Source: Promethearchaeota archaeon (lineage in GTDB: Archaea > Asgardarchaeota > Lokiarchaeia > Sigyniarchaeales > SOKP01). From it: 50,928 bases of DNA. Numbering within the stretch: the first letter of the stretch is position 1; each line of letters starts with the position of its first letter. The notes under the pieces were generated by a model. That model worked only from the letters and a program-made list of their open reading frames with translations. It was not told the origin of the DNA and ran no database searches. This document shows, piece after piece, positions 38,237 to 47,394 of this stretch. The position numbers and the translations under genes were made by a program. The stretch covers positions 1 to 50,928 of the forward strand of contig JAEOTZ010000088.1 in NCBI GenBank assembly GCA_016839585.1, read 5' to 3'.

Positions 38237-39766
38237 TTAAATTCTTTCAATCATCATTCCGCCTAATACTATTGGTCCACCTGTAGAATTGTAAATTTTT
38301 TCTGCTCTTTTTAATTTAGATTGAGTTTCTGAATAAATTCTAAAGACCAAATCACCCTCTTTTATTCTAGCACCTTGTTTTTTTATAACTTCTACTCCAG
38401 AACTTTTTGAATAGGGACACCCTGCAGCCTTAGCAATTTGATTAATTAATGCATTATTTACACCAGTTATGTGCCCTCCCTTATTAGCATGAAACTCCTT
38501 CATATGTGGGCCTAACTTGATTTCTTCTGGTTTTATATTAGGTTCCCCTCCTTGAACTTCAATAATTTTTTTCATAGTATCATAAGCTTTACCAGATCGT
38601 AATATCTCTTTAGCTAATTTTTGTCCTACTCCCTTTTGAGCTTTTCCCCCCATTTCAAGAAGAATTCCTGCTAAGTCAGTTGCTTTTTCTATTAAAGAAT
38701 TAGGTCCTGCAGAGTAGTCCATTAATAGAGTAAGTGCCTCCTTAGCTTCTAATGCAGGTCCAACAGCATGACCAATTGGTTGATGAGCGAGAGTTAACGC
38801 ACATTCTGCTTCTACCCCAATATTCTTAGCTATTTCTTTGAAAATGTAAGCGAAATTTTTTCCGTCATTTGGTGTAGGAAATTTTGTCCCTGGACCAACA
38901 GGAATGTCTAAAACTAACTTTTTTACTCCCATACTTATTTTTTTAGCAAGAATAGATGGAATCATCAAACCTACTGGATCCATATGCAGAGGTCGTTCGA
39001 TTTCTATTAAGATGTTATCTGCAGGAGCTATATCAAGGGCACCTCCCCAAACAACACAAGCTTTTTCTTCAGATATAATTTTCTTTACTTCTTCTGAATC
39101 AAAAATAACCGGGGCTAAAACTTCCATTGAATCTGCAGTTCCAGATGGTGATGTTATTGCTCTTGTAGATGTTTTAGGAATTATTAAACCCGCAGTTGCT
39201 ACTACTGGTACTATAATAAGAGACACTTTATTACCTGGAACCCCTCCCGTTGAGTGCTTGTCATATACATCTGGACCGAAATCAAAGATTTCTCCACTCC
39301 TTGCTTCTGCTAAAGTAAGAGCAGTCATTTCTTCATTATCCATTCCATGAATATTAATACTTGTTATAAAAGAAGATAATTCTATTGAGCTTAAAAGACC
39401 TGAAGAAGAAGCAGATACAATATTATTTATTTCTTCACTGTTTAACTTATTTCCTATTATTTTCTTTCTAATATATTTGAAGGAATCTGGAGGTTCTGCT
39501 GGTTTTACAGATACTATAGCATTATTTTCAATATCTTTTAATGTGTCTATAAAAAGTCCAATTTCCCCTGGAGCAATAATTGAATCTGAATATGCTATTT
39601 GTACAATCGCAACACGATATTTTCCACTAATAGATTTTGATTCAACATTTTTAATCATAATGCGATCTCCGGCTTTCTGCCCTAATTCAGCGGCATCTTG
39701 AAAATTTAGAATGACATCCTTGGTATTACCAGTTTCAAAATTAATTTTTTTAACTTTTAATTTCAT
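38237..39766 (-). CDS. deoA: AMP phosphorylase (archaeal thymidine phosphorylase family)
   Basis: N-terminal double-psi-barrel-like extension, DKHSTGGVPGNK, KTSTRAITSPSGTAD, LDIPVG. ATG at 39766. Confidence 0.9.
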   Translation of the reverse strand: MKLKVKKINFETGNTKDVILNFQDAAELGQKAGDRIMIKNVESKSISGKYRVAIVQIAYSDSIIAPGEIGLFIDTLKDIENNAIVSVKPAEPPDSFKYIRKKIIGNKLNSEEINNIVSASSSGLLSSIELSSFITSINIHGMDNEEMTALTLAEARSGEIFDFGPDVYDKHSTGGVPGNKVSLIIVPVVATAGLIIPKTSTRAITSPSGTADSMEVLAPVIFDSEEVKKIISEEKACVVWGGALDIAPADNILIEIERPLHMDPVGLMIPSILAKKISMGVKKLVLDIPVGPGTKFPTPNDGKNFAYIFKEIAKNIGVEAECALTLAHQPIGHAVGPALEAKEALTLLMDYSAGPNSLIEKATDLAGILLEMGGKAQKGVGQKLAKEILRSGKAYDTMKKIIEVQGGEPNIKPEEIKLGPHMKEFHANKGGHITGVNNALINQIAKAAGCPYSKSSGVEVIKKQGARIKEGDLVFRIYSETQSKLKRAEKIYNSTGGPIVLGGMMIERI

Positions 39767-39809
39767 TATTCTCAATAATTTTTTTGATTATAATTAATTA
39801 GAAAATCTA

Positions 39810-39883
39810 ATCAATTAAATTTATTTATGAGCTTTGTATTTCTTATGCTTGTTTTACTATATTAGAGATTAGAATATTTTAAT
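39810..39883. repeat. Left copy of the ~74-bp direct repeat bounding the island
   Basis: ATCAATTAAATTTATTTAT...TATATTAGAGATTAGAATATTTTAAT; 6 substitutions and 1 indel versus 42691-42763. Confidence 0.9.
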
Positions 39884-39945
39884 TCAAGAATTAACGAATT
39901 TAAAAAAAAAAAAAGAATTACCTCTATGAAAAAGTGATGAGTGAG

Positions 39946-40440
39946 TCATATAATTTTTATCGTCTTCTCAACTTGGAAGATTCCTGCCCCCGCAGAACCG
40001 TCTTTTTTTTGAAAGGAATCAAGGGGATAAGCCAGTATTATTGAAACCGGCAAATCTTCCTGAAAAACAAGGTCTTTGGATTTCTCATTGAAAAGTTTGG
40101 ATTAAAGGTCAAGGTAGAATCGCTCCAAAAGATTGATGAGCCCTTTCAATCGAGACTTGAGCAAGAAGGCGTCGGGGAGCTCCTTACTAACTTTGACACG
40201 CTCATCGCTCAGAATGAAATTGCCATCACCGAGATAAATAAACAGATTGCTTACGTGCCAAATGGATTTTCCGCTGATATGCTCCTTGATGGACTCGGCA
40301 CGTTTCAAGGAAATTGGAGCCTATTCAAGTTCAATTTGACCACTCGATTTAATCGGCAAGTAGAATCTCCTATTATGTCGCAAATATGTGGATATAAGAG
40401 ACGTGCCATAACAATAATGAAATTTTGCTTAAAGTTTTCT
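39946..40440 (-). pseudogene. Interrupted ORF of unknown function (includes the 68-aa ORF 40102-40308)
   Basis: One frame continues through TAG (40321-40323) and TAA (40102-40104) to TGA at 39946. The DNA is GC-richer than its flanks. Confidence 0.35.
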
Positions 40441-40492
40441 GAAAAATCAGAATTAAAAACTTTTATATAGCTCATAATTTTAGTTATTTATT

Positions 40493-41152
40493 ATGTCTCA
40501 AGTAATAAATTGTCATCCAGATTGGAACGAAAAAAAAATCAAGAATACCATAAAGCGTGTTCCATACGACATCGATAGGTTGAGAAAACAGTACAATTGG
40601 GCAGGAAAAAAAATAAAGGTTAAAAAGTTGAAATCCAATTTAATAGAAATTTCTTCAGGATCTGAACTCAAATGCACATTCTTAATAGGGGAGGGAACAT
40701 CTAATAACAAGTACGTTCAAATCGACCTTGAAGTGATAAATGAAGATTCTAAAATGATAATGGAATCCATAATTCAAATCTTGAGAGATTCATTTGAGAG
40801 GTCATTTTTAGATATTCTTACTCAGCGTACTATTAAATGTCATCCTGATTGGGATGAATCCAATCTCATACCTCATGTTAAGGATATGCTTATTGACATT
40901 TTTATTAATGTGGAAACAGTGAAAGGATTTAAATGGATAGGAAAAAATGGAGTAATTGAAGATTTGGGGTACAATAAGTATCAGTTTTCGTCGGGTGAAG
41001 AAATCCAAGGAACTTTTAAGTTTGAAAAAGATCCAACTGAGGGGATATATGTTGTTCAATTCGATACTAAGGGAAGTAGCAATAGAGCTATCTCGATTTT
41101 GGTAGACATGATAAATGGAATAAAATTAAATTTAGAGAAAGAACCAGAGTAG
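40493..41152 (+). CDS. Hypothetical protein made of two ~110-aa homologous domains
   Basis: INCHPDWNE...YNWAGK...ISSGSELKCTF versus IKCHPDWDE...FKWIGK...FSSGEEIQGTF. Confidence 0.75.
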   Translation: MSQVINCHPDWNEKKIKNTIKRVPYDIDRLRKQYNWAGKKIKVKKLKSNLIEISSGSELKCTFLIGEGTSNNKYVQIDLEVINEDSKMIMESIIQILRDSFERSFLDILTQRTIKCHPDWDESNLIPHVKDMLIDIFINVETVKGFKWIGKNGVIEDLGYNKYQFSSGEEIQGTFKFEKDPTEGIYVVQFDTKGSSNRAISILVDMINGIKLNLEKEPE

Positions 41153-41204
41153 TATAAGTAGTTATATTTCCTCTTCGGGTAAATTCTACTCCTATATAAT
41201 TTAA

Positions 41205-41474
41205 TTAATAATTCAAATTATTGCTAAGACCACTGTTTGGTATACATTAGATAGAGGGCTAACAAATTATACGATTAATGAGATGATAGGACAACTTAAT
41301 CAATCTGCATGGGATCTCCATACTGATGGAAATATCCGTCTTAGATTTTATGCTCGAAATAGTTTTGGTAATAATTCTTTTACAGAAGTTCGGATCGAAA
41401 AGGATACATCTGCACCTGTTATTACAATTCAGTCACCGACAACCAATCAATTATGCGGAATTGAACTACATTGA
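41205..41474 (+). pseudogene. Fragment (about one repeat) of an Asgard Ig-like repeat surface protein
   Basis: TVWYTLDRGLTNYTI...LNQSAWD...IRLRFYARNSFGN...EVRIEKDTSAPVITIQSP. No signal peptide or proper start; it runs into the opposite-strand gene. Confidence 0.65.
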
Positions 41475-41989
41475 TCGCAGAGCTTTTCTTTCCTTATTTG
41501 ATCATAAATACTAGTTTTACAAGTATCGCAATAAAATAACTCGATATCTGCCTCAAGACCTTCACCATCTTGGCTCATCATGAAATCCTTATCCTTTAAT
41601 AGATCAGCATGACATAGACGACAATACCCATCCGGATCATCCTCAAAATACCAAAAAGTAGCTCTAACAGGAATAGAGAGAAGTCTTTTAAATAAAAGTG
41701 CTTGAAATCCCATATCAATATCATTACAACTATAGCTGGTATCATAATCAAATTTAGGATACAATTTCAATATTAATTCTTTCCAGACTGGGGTGTATTT
41801 ATCACCTCTTAGATCGGCGAAAATGAGCTCGTAATCTCCGTTTTTGTTATTAAGTTTTTTATAGAAAAAATTTGGTGTTTTTGAAGCTTCTTTATACCCG
41901 TGTGCTAATAAGATGTTACCCACCTTTAACATTTTCTTCCATACCTTATCTTTATAGATAGGCTCGCCATCATGGGTTTGTCGTTTCAT
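41447..41989 (-). CDS. Hypothetical protein with C-terminal CxxC motifs
   Basis: 180-aa ORF with CRLC, CDTC and CDQC. Confidence 0.65.
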   Translation of the reverse strand: MKRQTHDGEPIYKDKVWKKMLKVGNILLAHGYKEASKTPNFFYKKLNNKNGDYELIFADLRGDKYTPVWKELILKLYPKFDYDTSYSCNDIDMGFQALLFKRLLSIPVRATFWYFEDDPDGYCRLCHADLLKDKDFMMSQDGEGLEADIELFYCDTCKTSIYDQIRKEKLCDQCSSIPHN

Positions 41990-42075
41990 CTTAAGCTAAT
42001 CAATTTTTATCTTAATAATTAAAATAATTATTATTTTCTTATAATATCTAGAATAAGTTTATCTATTTAAATCCG

Positions 42076-42162
42076 TCTGTTAACAAATGTTAACCGTTAA
42101 CTCTGTAAACAAATAAGTTAATAATAGTAAAGTTTGGTAAAGTATTGTAAAGGAGAGTAAAG
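42076..42162. repeat. Iteron/operator-like array
   Basis: TCTGT(T/A)AACAAAT at 42076 and 42102 flank two GTTAAC palindromes. GTAAAG recurs at 42127, 42137, 42147 and 42157. Confidence 0.7.
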
Positions 42163-42184
42163 TTTTGATTAAATAGGTTAAAAT

Positions 42185-42562
42185 TTAGTTTGGTAAGAGA
42201 ATCAAGATATCTAAATACCAGTCAGGCTCGCCATCTTCAAAGACAATAAAAGAACCCTTAATCTCGTAATCAATTTCTAGAATTCCTTGTAATTCCATAA
42301 AATTACCGTATCGATACATAGAATATCTTTGTGATTGGATGCATTTAATTACATTATCAATTATTCGAGTTAATTTTGCTTCTCGTATATACGGAATATG
42401 GCTTAATGCATAAATTAAGATATGAATTTTAGTGAGATCTAAAATATTCTTGGTAGCTTCTTCTACAATGTCAAGTAATAGCGTGGATAACTTCAGGTTA
42501 TCGATATAATATGTAGCACTATTGGTGTGATACTCCAAGCAAATAATTTCTTCGGTACTCAT
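42185..42562 (-). CDS. Hypothetical protein
   Basis: ORF of about 125 aa with no recognisable motif. ATG at 42562, alternative GTG at 42571. Confidence 0.5.
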   Translation of the reverse strand: MSTEEIICLEYHTNSATYYIDNLKLSTLLLDIVEEATKNILDLTKIHILIYALSHIPYIREAKLTRIIDNVIKCIQSQRYSMYRYGNFMELQGILEIDYEIKGSFIVFEDGEPDWYLDILILLPN

Positions 42563-42690
42563 TATTCTCACTTAGGTTATATAAATTATTTTTAAAATCA
42601 TTTTTTAATCCCAGATAATACCATTCTATTTAAAAAAAAATTTCAATTAAAAGAAAAAGAGGGAGATAAATTATTAGAAATCACTTTCTG

Positions 42691-42763
42691 ATCAATTAAA
42701 TTTATTTATAAGCTAAGTATTTCTTATGCTATTTTATTATATTAGAGATTAGAACATTTTAAT
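42691..42763. repeat. Right copy of the direct repeat bounding the island
   Basis: About 90% identical to 39810-39883. Confidence 0.9.
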
Positions 42764-42799
42764 GAAAAAATGAATAATTAAAAATAAAAAAAAAGGTAA

Positions 42800-45130
42800 T
42801 TAAGCTGGAGAAATCTTATCTTCTGCGGCTCTTATGATTTCGAGATAGTAATCAACATAATATTTGTTTACAATTGCTCGATATCTTGAAAGAAAATCTG
42901 TGATTTCTCGCATCATTGATATGATTTTATTAGGGTCCATTAAAGTTTCAAGCCTTTCTCTGAATTCAACGAGTTTTGCTCTTACTCCTCGTATAACTTG
43001 TTCTTCTACATTAATAGGAAAGTACTTAGTTACAATTACTTCAGCCTCTTTAAAGAGAGTTGTTTCTCCTTTCCAAGATTTTAGATGTATACCAAATTTA
43101 TCTTCAAATGCCTCTGAAAACTTTCGAATACGTTTATGAATAATTGGTAGATCTTTTTCTCCTAATAATGCTGTTGTGGTAGAATTGCCATGAAAGAGTA
43201 TTACTTTTTTATCTTCCTGATCTACGGTACGGAGCGATTTCTTACTACCTGTAGCCTCTCTTACGAAATTAGTTAGGGCAGCAATCATACCAGAAATAAG
43301 GGCAGGATCTTGAATTTCAATTCCAAAAGAGTATTCATATAGGCTTAAACCGTCTTTGGTTAAAACAAACAGATTTCTCAAAGATTTTTCCCAATTTCGT
43401 TGCATAATAAATCTCCGGGAAAGAAAAGCTACAGGAATAGCAGCAAGAGCTATACCTACTATTAAAGCTACATAAAATAATATATCAACTACAACTGGGT
43501 TCTCAATTATAAATGTTGTTGAGAAATAAGCGATTTCTTCACCATTTGTCCAGGAAATGGTAACTTCATAAGCTCCTTCTTTATATGCCGAACCTAAAAT
43601 AATCTCTGAACTACTCATAGTCCCGTTAATTGCAGTCAAACCAGTTTCATTATGAACTACTTGCCCTGAAGAGGATTTTATAATAATCTGTCCATTTCCT
43701 CCCGTCATTGGTTCATTGAGAGGATTAAATATTTCTGCATCAAGTCTAATTGTCTGATCTGTTTCAAAAGTGATTTTATCTACAAAATCCCCTCCTTTTT
43801 TAAGTTTGGTACTGATAGTGTGGCAGTAGTTAGGGGAATGGAAGACTCCTGTATAAGTACCCCATTCTAAAGGTGGTCCAAAAAGTGTCGTAATTCCATA
43901 GTAGGAATGATTATATAGTTCCATCGTACCAAAAAAGACTTGCTCTACTTCATATCCATAAGGATCATAGAATCCCATAAAACTCCAATCCCTTTCAAAT
44001 AAAAAGAAATAAGGAGGAGGCCAATCATAAGAGAGAACTTCATATGGATATTCGATAGTCCATTCTATTTTATTTTCATCAACATAATATTCTCCTGTTG
44101 CATTTATTTGATAAATATAAAAAGCTTCAATATAAACTTGACAAAACTCTATTGTCTGGTTAGAAACAACTGTAATATTAAAGTCGGAATATAGTGGCGA
44201 ATCAAGAGTAATAGAATAATATGCTTCATATCCCAAAAATCCCCATGAGCTCGGCTGATAAATTGGATTAATCATTTCACCATTAATTATATATTTAAGG
44301 TCTATATCCGCTGGATTAACTAAGGTGGAGTAAGTAAATTTACATAACATATCAACAGTGTCATCATCAGGGATTGGTACCAAATGTACTCCATCATAAG
44401 TCCTAGTAATTCCTTTATTAAAAGTTGGATTTTCATATTTCTCTGCTTTCCAAAAATCGTTAGGGATTGGAATAGATTCTTTTCCATCTAGGAGAATAAA
44501 AAGAAAATTATACTTTTTACCAGGCTCAAAAATATTAGGATGGGGATAGAAATAAACCCACTCTTCTAGATCCCATTTATGTTCTTCTTGATACATCCAA
44601 TCAATTTCTTCAGTGAAATCCTCATTAAAAATTTGAAGGAACATGAAATAATAATCAATATCAGGTTCTACTTCTAAACTATAATTTAAATAAATTGATA
44701 TCTCATCTATAGCAATTAAATCATCCACTGTAAACTCTTGTGAATATGCTATTGCTGGTTGTAGGCTTATTTGATTAGATATATTGTCTGCTATAATAAA
44801 TTCCCCCCAGCTTGTTGCATTTATAAAATTATCTGTCCAGATTTCCAAATTATTTATTTTATATTCACGACCATTAAAAGATTCATTATAGGGGATTATA
44901 TTAGTGCTAGAATTTTGATATGACCAAAGAGAATAAGGGTAAGTACGATTATAGTATAATATAGATATATCTCCATCATAATCTCCTGTAAAGGTTTCAC
45001 CATTTGCAAGACTCAAGCCATTTGATGGATTTATTTTGTTTATTTGTGTATTTGTAATAGAATATCCTAGAAATATAATCGATAAAATAACTAAACATGT
45101 TATTACCAAAATTTTTGTGTTCTTAGACAT
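42800..45130 (-). CDS. Single-pass membrane protein: extracellular beta/Ig-like region, TM, cytoplasmic longin-like domain
   Basis: N-terminal signal; NxS/T-rich ectodomain; TM ILFYVALIVGIALAAIPVAFL; then LFVLTKDGLSLYEYSF...LISGMIAALTNFVREATG...FSEAFEDKF. Confidence 0.8.
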   Translation of the reverse strand: MSKNTKILVITCLVILSIIFLGYSITNTQINKINPSNGLSLANGETFTGDYDGDISILYYNRTYPYSLWSYQNSSTNIIPYNESFNGREYKINNLEIWTDNFINATSWGEFIIADNISNQISLQPAIAYSQEFTVDDLIAIDEISIYLNYSLEVEPDIDYYFMFLQIFNEDFTEEIDWMYQEEHKWDLEEWVYFYPHPNIFEPGKKYNFLFILLDGKESIPIPNDFWKAEKYENPTFNKGITRTYDGVHLVPIPDDDTVDMLCKFTYSTLVNPADIDLKYIINGEMINPIYQPSSWGFLGYEAYYSITLDSPLYSDFNITVVSNQTIEFCQVYIEAFYIYQINATGEYYVDENKIEWTIEYPYEVLSYDWPPPYFFLFERDWSFMGFYDPYGYEVEQVFFGTMELYNHSYYGITTLFGPPLEWGTYTGVFHSPNYCHTISTKLKKGGDFVDKITFETDQTIRLDAEIFNPLNEPMTGGNGQIIIKSSSGQVVHNETGLTAINGTMSSSEIILGSAYKEGAYEVTISWTNGEEIAYFSTTFIIENPVVVDILFYVALIVGIALAAIPVAFLSRRFIMQRNWEKSLRNLFVLTKDGLSLYEYSFGIEIQDPALISGMIAALTNFVREATGSKKSLRTVDQEDKKVILFHGNSTTTALLGEKDLPIIHKRIRKFSEAFEDKFGIHLKSWKGETTLFKEAEVIVTKYFPINVEEQVIRGVRAKLVEFRERLETLMDPNKIISMMREITDFLSRYRAIVNKYYVDYYLEIIRAAEDKISPA

Positions 45131-45448
45131 ATTTTTAACCCCATATCGAATAAAAATTTAATTTAATTATAAAATTAATAAAATTTTCTATATATATACC
45201 TAACTTTTAATGAGAATAGTTCTTACTTATTTTTTTAAGATTCTAACTCTATATTACAGATTTTAATATAGATTTATAAAACAATCTGGTAAATTTTTGA
45301 ATTAAATTGTAAAGTCATCAATTATGGTAAATTTTTAAGTAGGCAGTTAATATTGTACTTTACCAATTTTATTGGTATTCATTAATATTCCTAAAATTTG
45401 AAAGATTGAACTAAGGTCCCATACTTTTAATTAATAGAAAGATGGAAC

Positions 45449-46753
45449 TTATAATTTTATTGAAAACGGAAATTCTTTGGTTTCTGCTATTTGATTTGAA
45501 TCGGGATCTTTAAAAGTGGTATCAATTTTGATGGTATAATCTCCAGCTTCTAAAGGTTTAAGATTGATTTCCCATTTCATATCTTCATTTGGTTTAATAG
45601 AATATATTTGTTTCTTAAGTGTTCCTCTCATAACTTTCATTTCATCTGGAAAGGTAACTTCTACATTAAGATCTAAGGCCTCTCCTTCACTTTTATTTTC
45701 AATCAATATTTCTAATGGAAAAGTTTTATCAATAAGAGGCGGTCTTAAATTTTTTATTGATATATCTAATGAGGGTGGAGGAGATATTAGATTAGGGGTT
45801 AATTGTTGAGGTGTTGTATGATAAAAAATCAATTCACCATCCAATTCACAAGTTAATAAAATTGGTCCTATAAAAGGCTTTTCTATTTGAAAATGAGGTT
45901 TAATTTTGAATAGTAATTTATGAATTTGTTTTGGTTTTAATATAATGGGTAATACTGGTTTCTCTTGAGTAGTAAAATTATCAGAAATATTTATTCCTAT
46001 TTTTGTGATTATTAATTCATTTATTTGATAATTATAGAATACATAGTCTGAGATATCTAATAGAGGTTTAGTATTAATTTCTAAAGTTAAAGTTATCAAT
46101 TCATTTGTGGTATATACCTCTTTATCTAGACTTAAATTTGTTTTTAATAAATTATGAGTTTTTGCTAATACTAATACCTTTTTCGCAAGAATTTTTTCAG
46201 GTTCTCGAAAATTAAATTTCTGAAAATCATGTTCTATTTTTTCTAAATATTTAATTTTATTATCATTTATTGCGATGGTTAAATTTTTTACAAGTCTTAC
46301 TAAATTATTTTCTTTAAAATATGTGTCATCAACATAATTTTTGAATTTTTTAACTAAATTCAAACCCTCTTTCTGTCTTCCTTTAATAAGTAAACATAAA
46401 TATGATAAACATGAAAATAATAAGAAATTATAATATCGATCACTCGAATTTTTTAAATTTGGTATATAATCTAATGCTGTTTTATAGAAATCAAATGCTT
46501 CAATAAAATTATTATTAAAAAGAGATGTCCCCCCGGCATTTCTTAAAGAATCTATACTTTGAAAGAATTTTTCAATTTCTAAATAGGATTTTGCTGCATT
46601 GAAAAAACAATCTTTAGCAGTTCCAAATTTACCTATGTTTACATATGAGTTACCCAAAGAACTAAATATTTTTGCAGCTTTTTTATACTGCATCGCATTA
46701 TATAATTTATTAGCTCGATTTAGTAATTTTTCAATGTCTTTTACCATTTTCAA
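45449..46753 (-). CDS. TPR/SNAP-like alpha-solenoid with two C-terminal Ig-like beta-sandwich domains
   Basis: Repeated AAKxF...AxxCFxxAA helices. Beta-strand domains follow (ITLTLEI; LEILIENKSEGEALDLNVEV...PLEAGDYTIKI). Confidence 0.7.
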   Translation of the reverse strand: MKMVKDIEKLLNRANKLYNAMQYKKAAKIFSSLGNSYVNIGKFGTAKDCFFNAAKSYLEIEKFFQSIDSLRNAGGTSLFNNNFIEAFDFYKTALDYIPNLKNSSDRYYNFLLFSCLSYLCLLIKGRQKEGLNLVKKFKNYVDDTYFKENNLVRLVKNLTIAINDNKIKYLEKIEHDFQKFNFREPEKILAKKVLVLAKTHNLLKTNLSLDKEVYTTNELITLTLEINTKPLLDISDYVFYNYQINELIITKIGINISDNFTTQEKPVLPIILKPKQIHKLLFKIKPHFQIEKPFIGPILLTCELDGELIFYHTTPQQLTPNLISPPPSLDISIKNLRPPLIDKTFPLEILIENKSEGEALDLNVEVTFPDEMKVMRGTLKKQIYSIKPNEDMKWEINLKPLEAGDYTIKIDTTFKDPDSNQIAETKEFPFSIKL

Positions 46754-46854
46754 GTCACTTTAATAAAAAATCAAATATTATTTTAAAATCAATTTTAAAA
46801 TTAAAAATTAAAAGAATCATATAAATTATTAAATATTTTTAAAAATTTAACTTT

Positions 46855-46918
46855 CCGAATCCTTTGCAAGGTCGTCGGCATATGTCTCATTTTTTTACAT
46901 ATGCTTCATTCTATTCGG
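46855..46918 (-). ncRNA. Eukaryote-like SECIS element (cis-acting RNA) downstream of hdrA-mvhD
   Basis: RNA CCGAAU-AGA-AUGAA-GCAUAUGU-AAAAAAAUGAG-ACAUAUGC-CGAC-GA-CCUUGCAAAGG-AUUCGG: helix I, AUGAN/NGAN core, 8-bp helix II and an A-rich apical loop. Confidence 0.85.
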
Positions 46919-47390
46919 TTTTTTTCTTTTTTTGTCCATTTGAATCCTTATTTTTTTCTAATAATAAAGATTCCTTTATAGAGTTGCTGCCTAAATTCTC
47001 AATGATCTCTGAAATTCTAATCATTTCTTCTTGAAATATCTGCCCCTCTGCAGAGCTGCAATGAAACATTTGTATTCTATCAGATGATATTCCAGTAGTC
47101 TTTAAAATTTCTTTAGCATAATTTACATTTCTTTCTGCTATAAGATTTCCAGTCTCATAGTCACATTCTCCTTCATATCATCCAGCTACTATAACACCAT
47201 CAGCACCCTTTCCAATTGCTCGCATCAATAAACTTGGAGTTACTCGCCCTGTGCAATTGATTCTTACCGGTCTTATTGTTGCAGGATATTGAGCTCGAAT
47301 TGTCCCTGCCATGTCTGCCCCTCCATATCCTCATTTCCAACAGAGAAAAGCTAATATTTTTTTATCTCTACTTTCTGTTATGTTTATCAC
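46911..47390 (-). CDS. mvhD: Hydrogenase iron-sulfur subunit MvhD/VhuD selenoprotein (2 Sec)
   Basis: Missed by the ORF track. ILAFLCWK-U-GYGGADMAG...YP...VRINCTGRV...GADGVIVAG-U-YEGECDY. TGA at 47333-47331 and 47180-47178 occupies conserved Cys positions. Stop TAG at 46913-46911. Confidence 0.92.
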
Positions 47391-47394
47391 CTCT

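Larger units (their letters stand above)
39810..42763. mobile_element. Degenerate ~2.9-kb insertion/island bounded by direct repeats
   Basis: Flanking repeats, orphan ORFs, gene fragments, a GC-richer patch and an iteron-like array. No integrase or transposase is visible. Confidence 0.5.

Noticed and set aside
40076-40094. Partial copy of the intergenic repeat (GGATTTCTCATTGAAA)
   Set aside because: A short match lacking the palindromic left arm and the TCAGACTCTGA core.
39810-42763. Intact IS element or provirus
   Set aside because: No transposase, integrase, capsid gene or terminal inverted repeats are recognisable.
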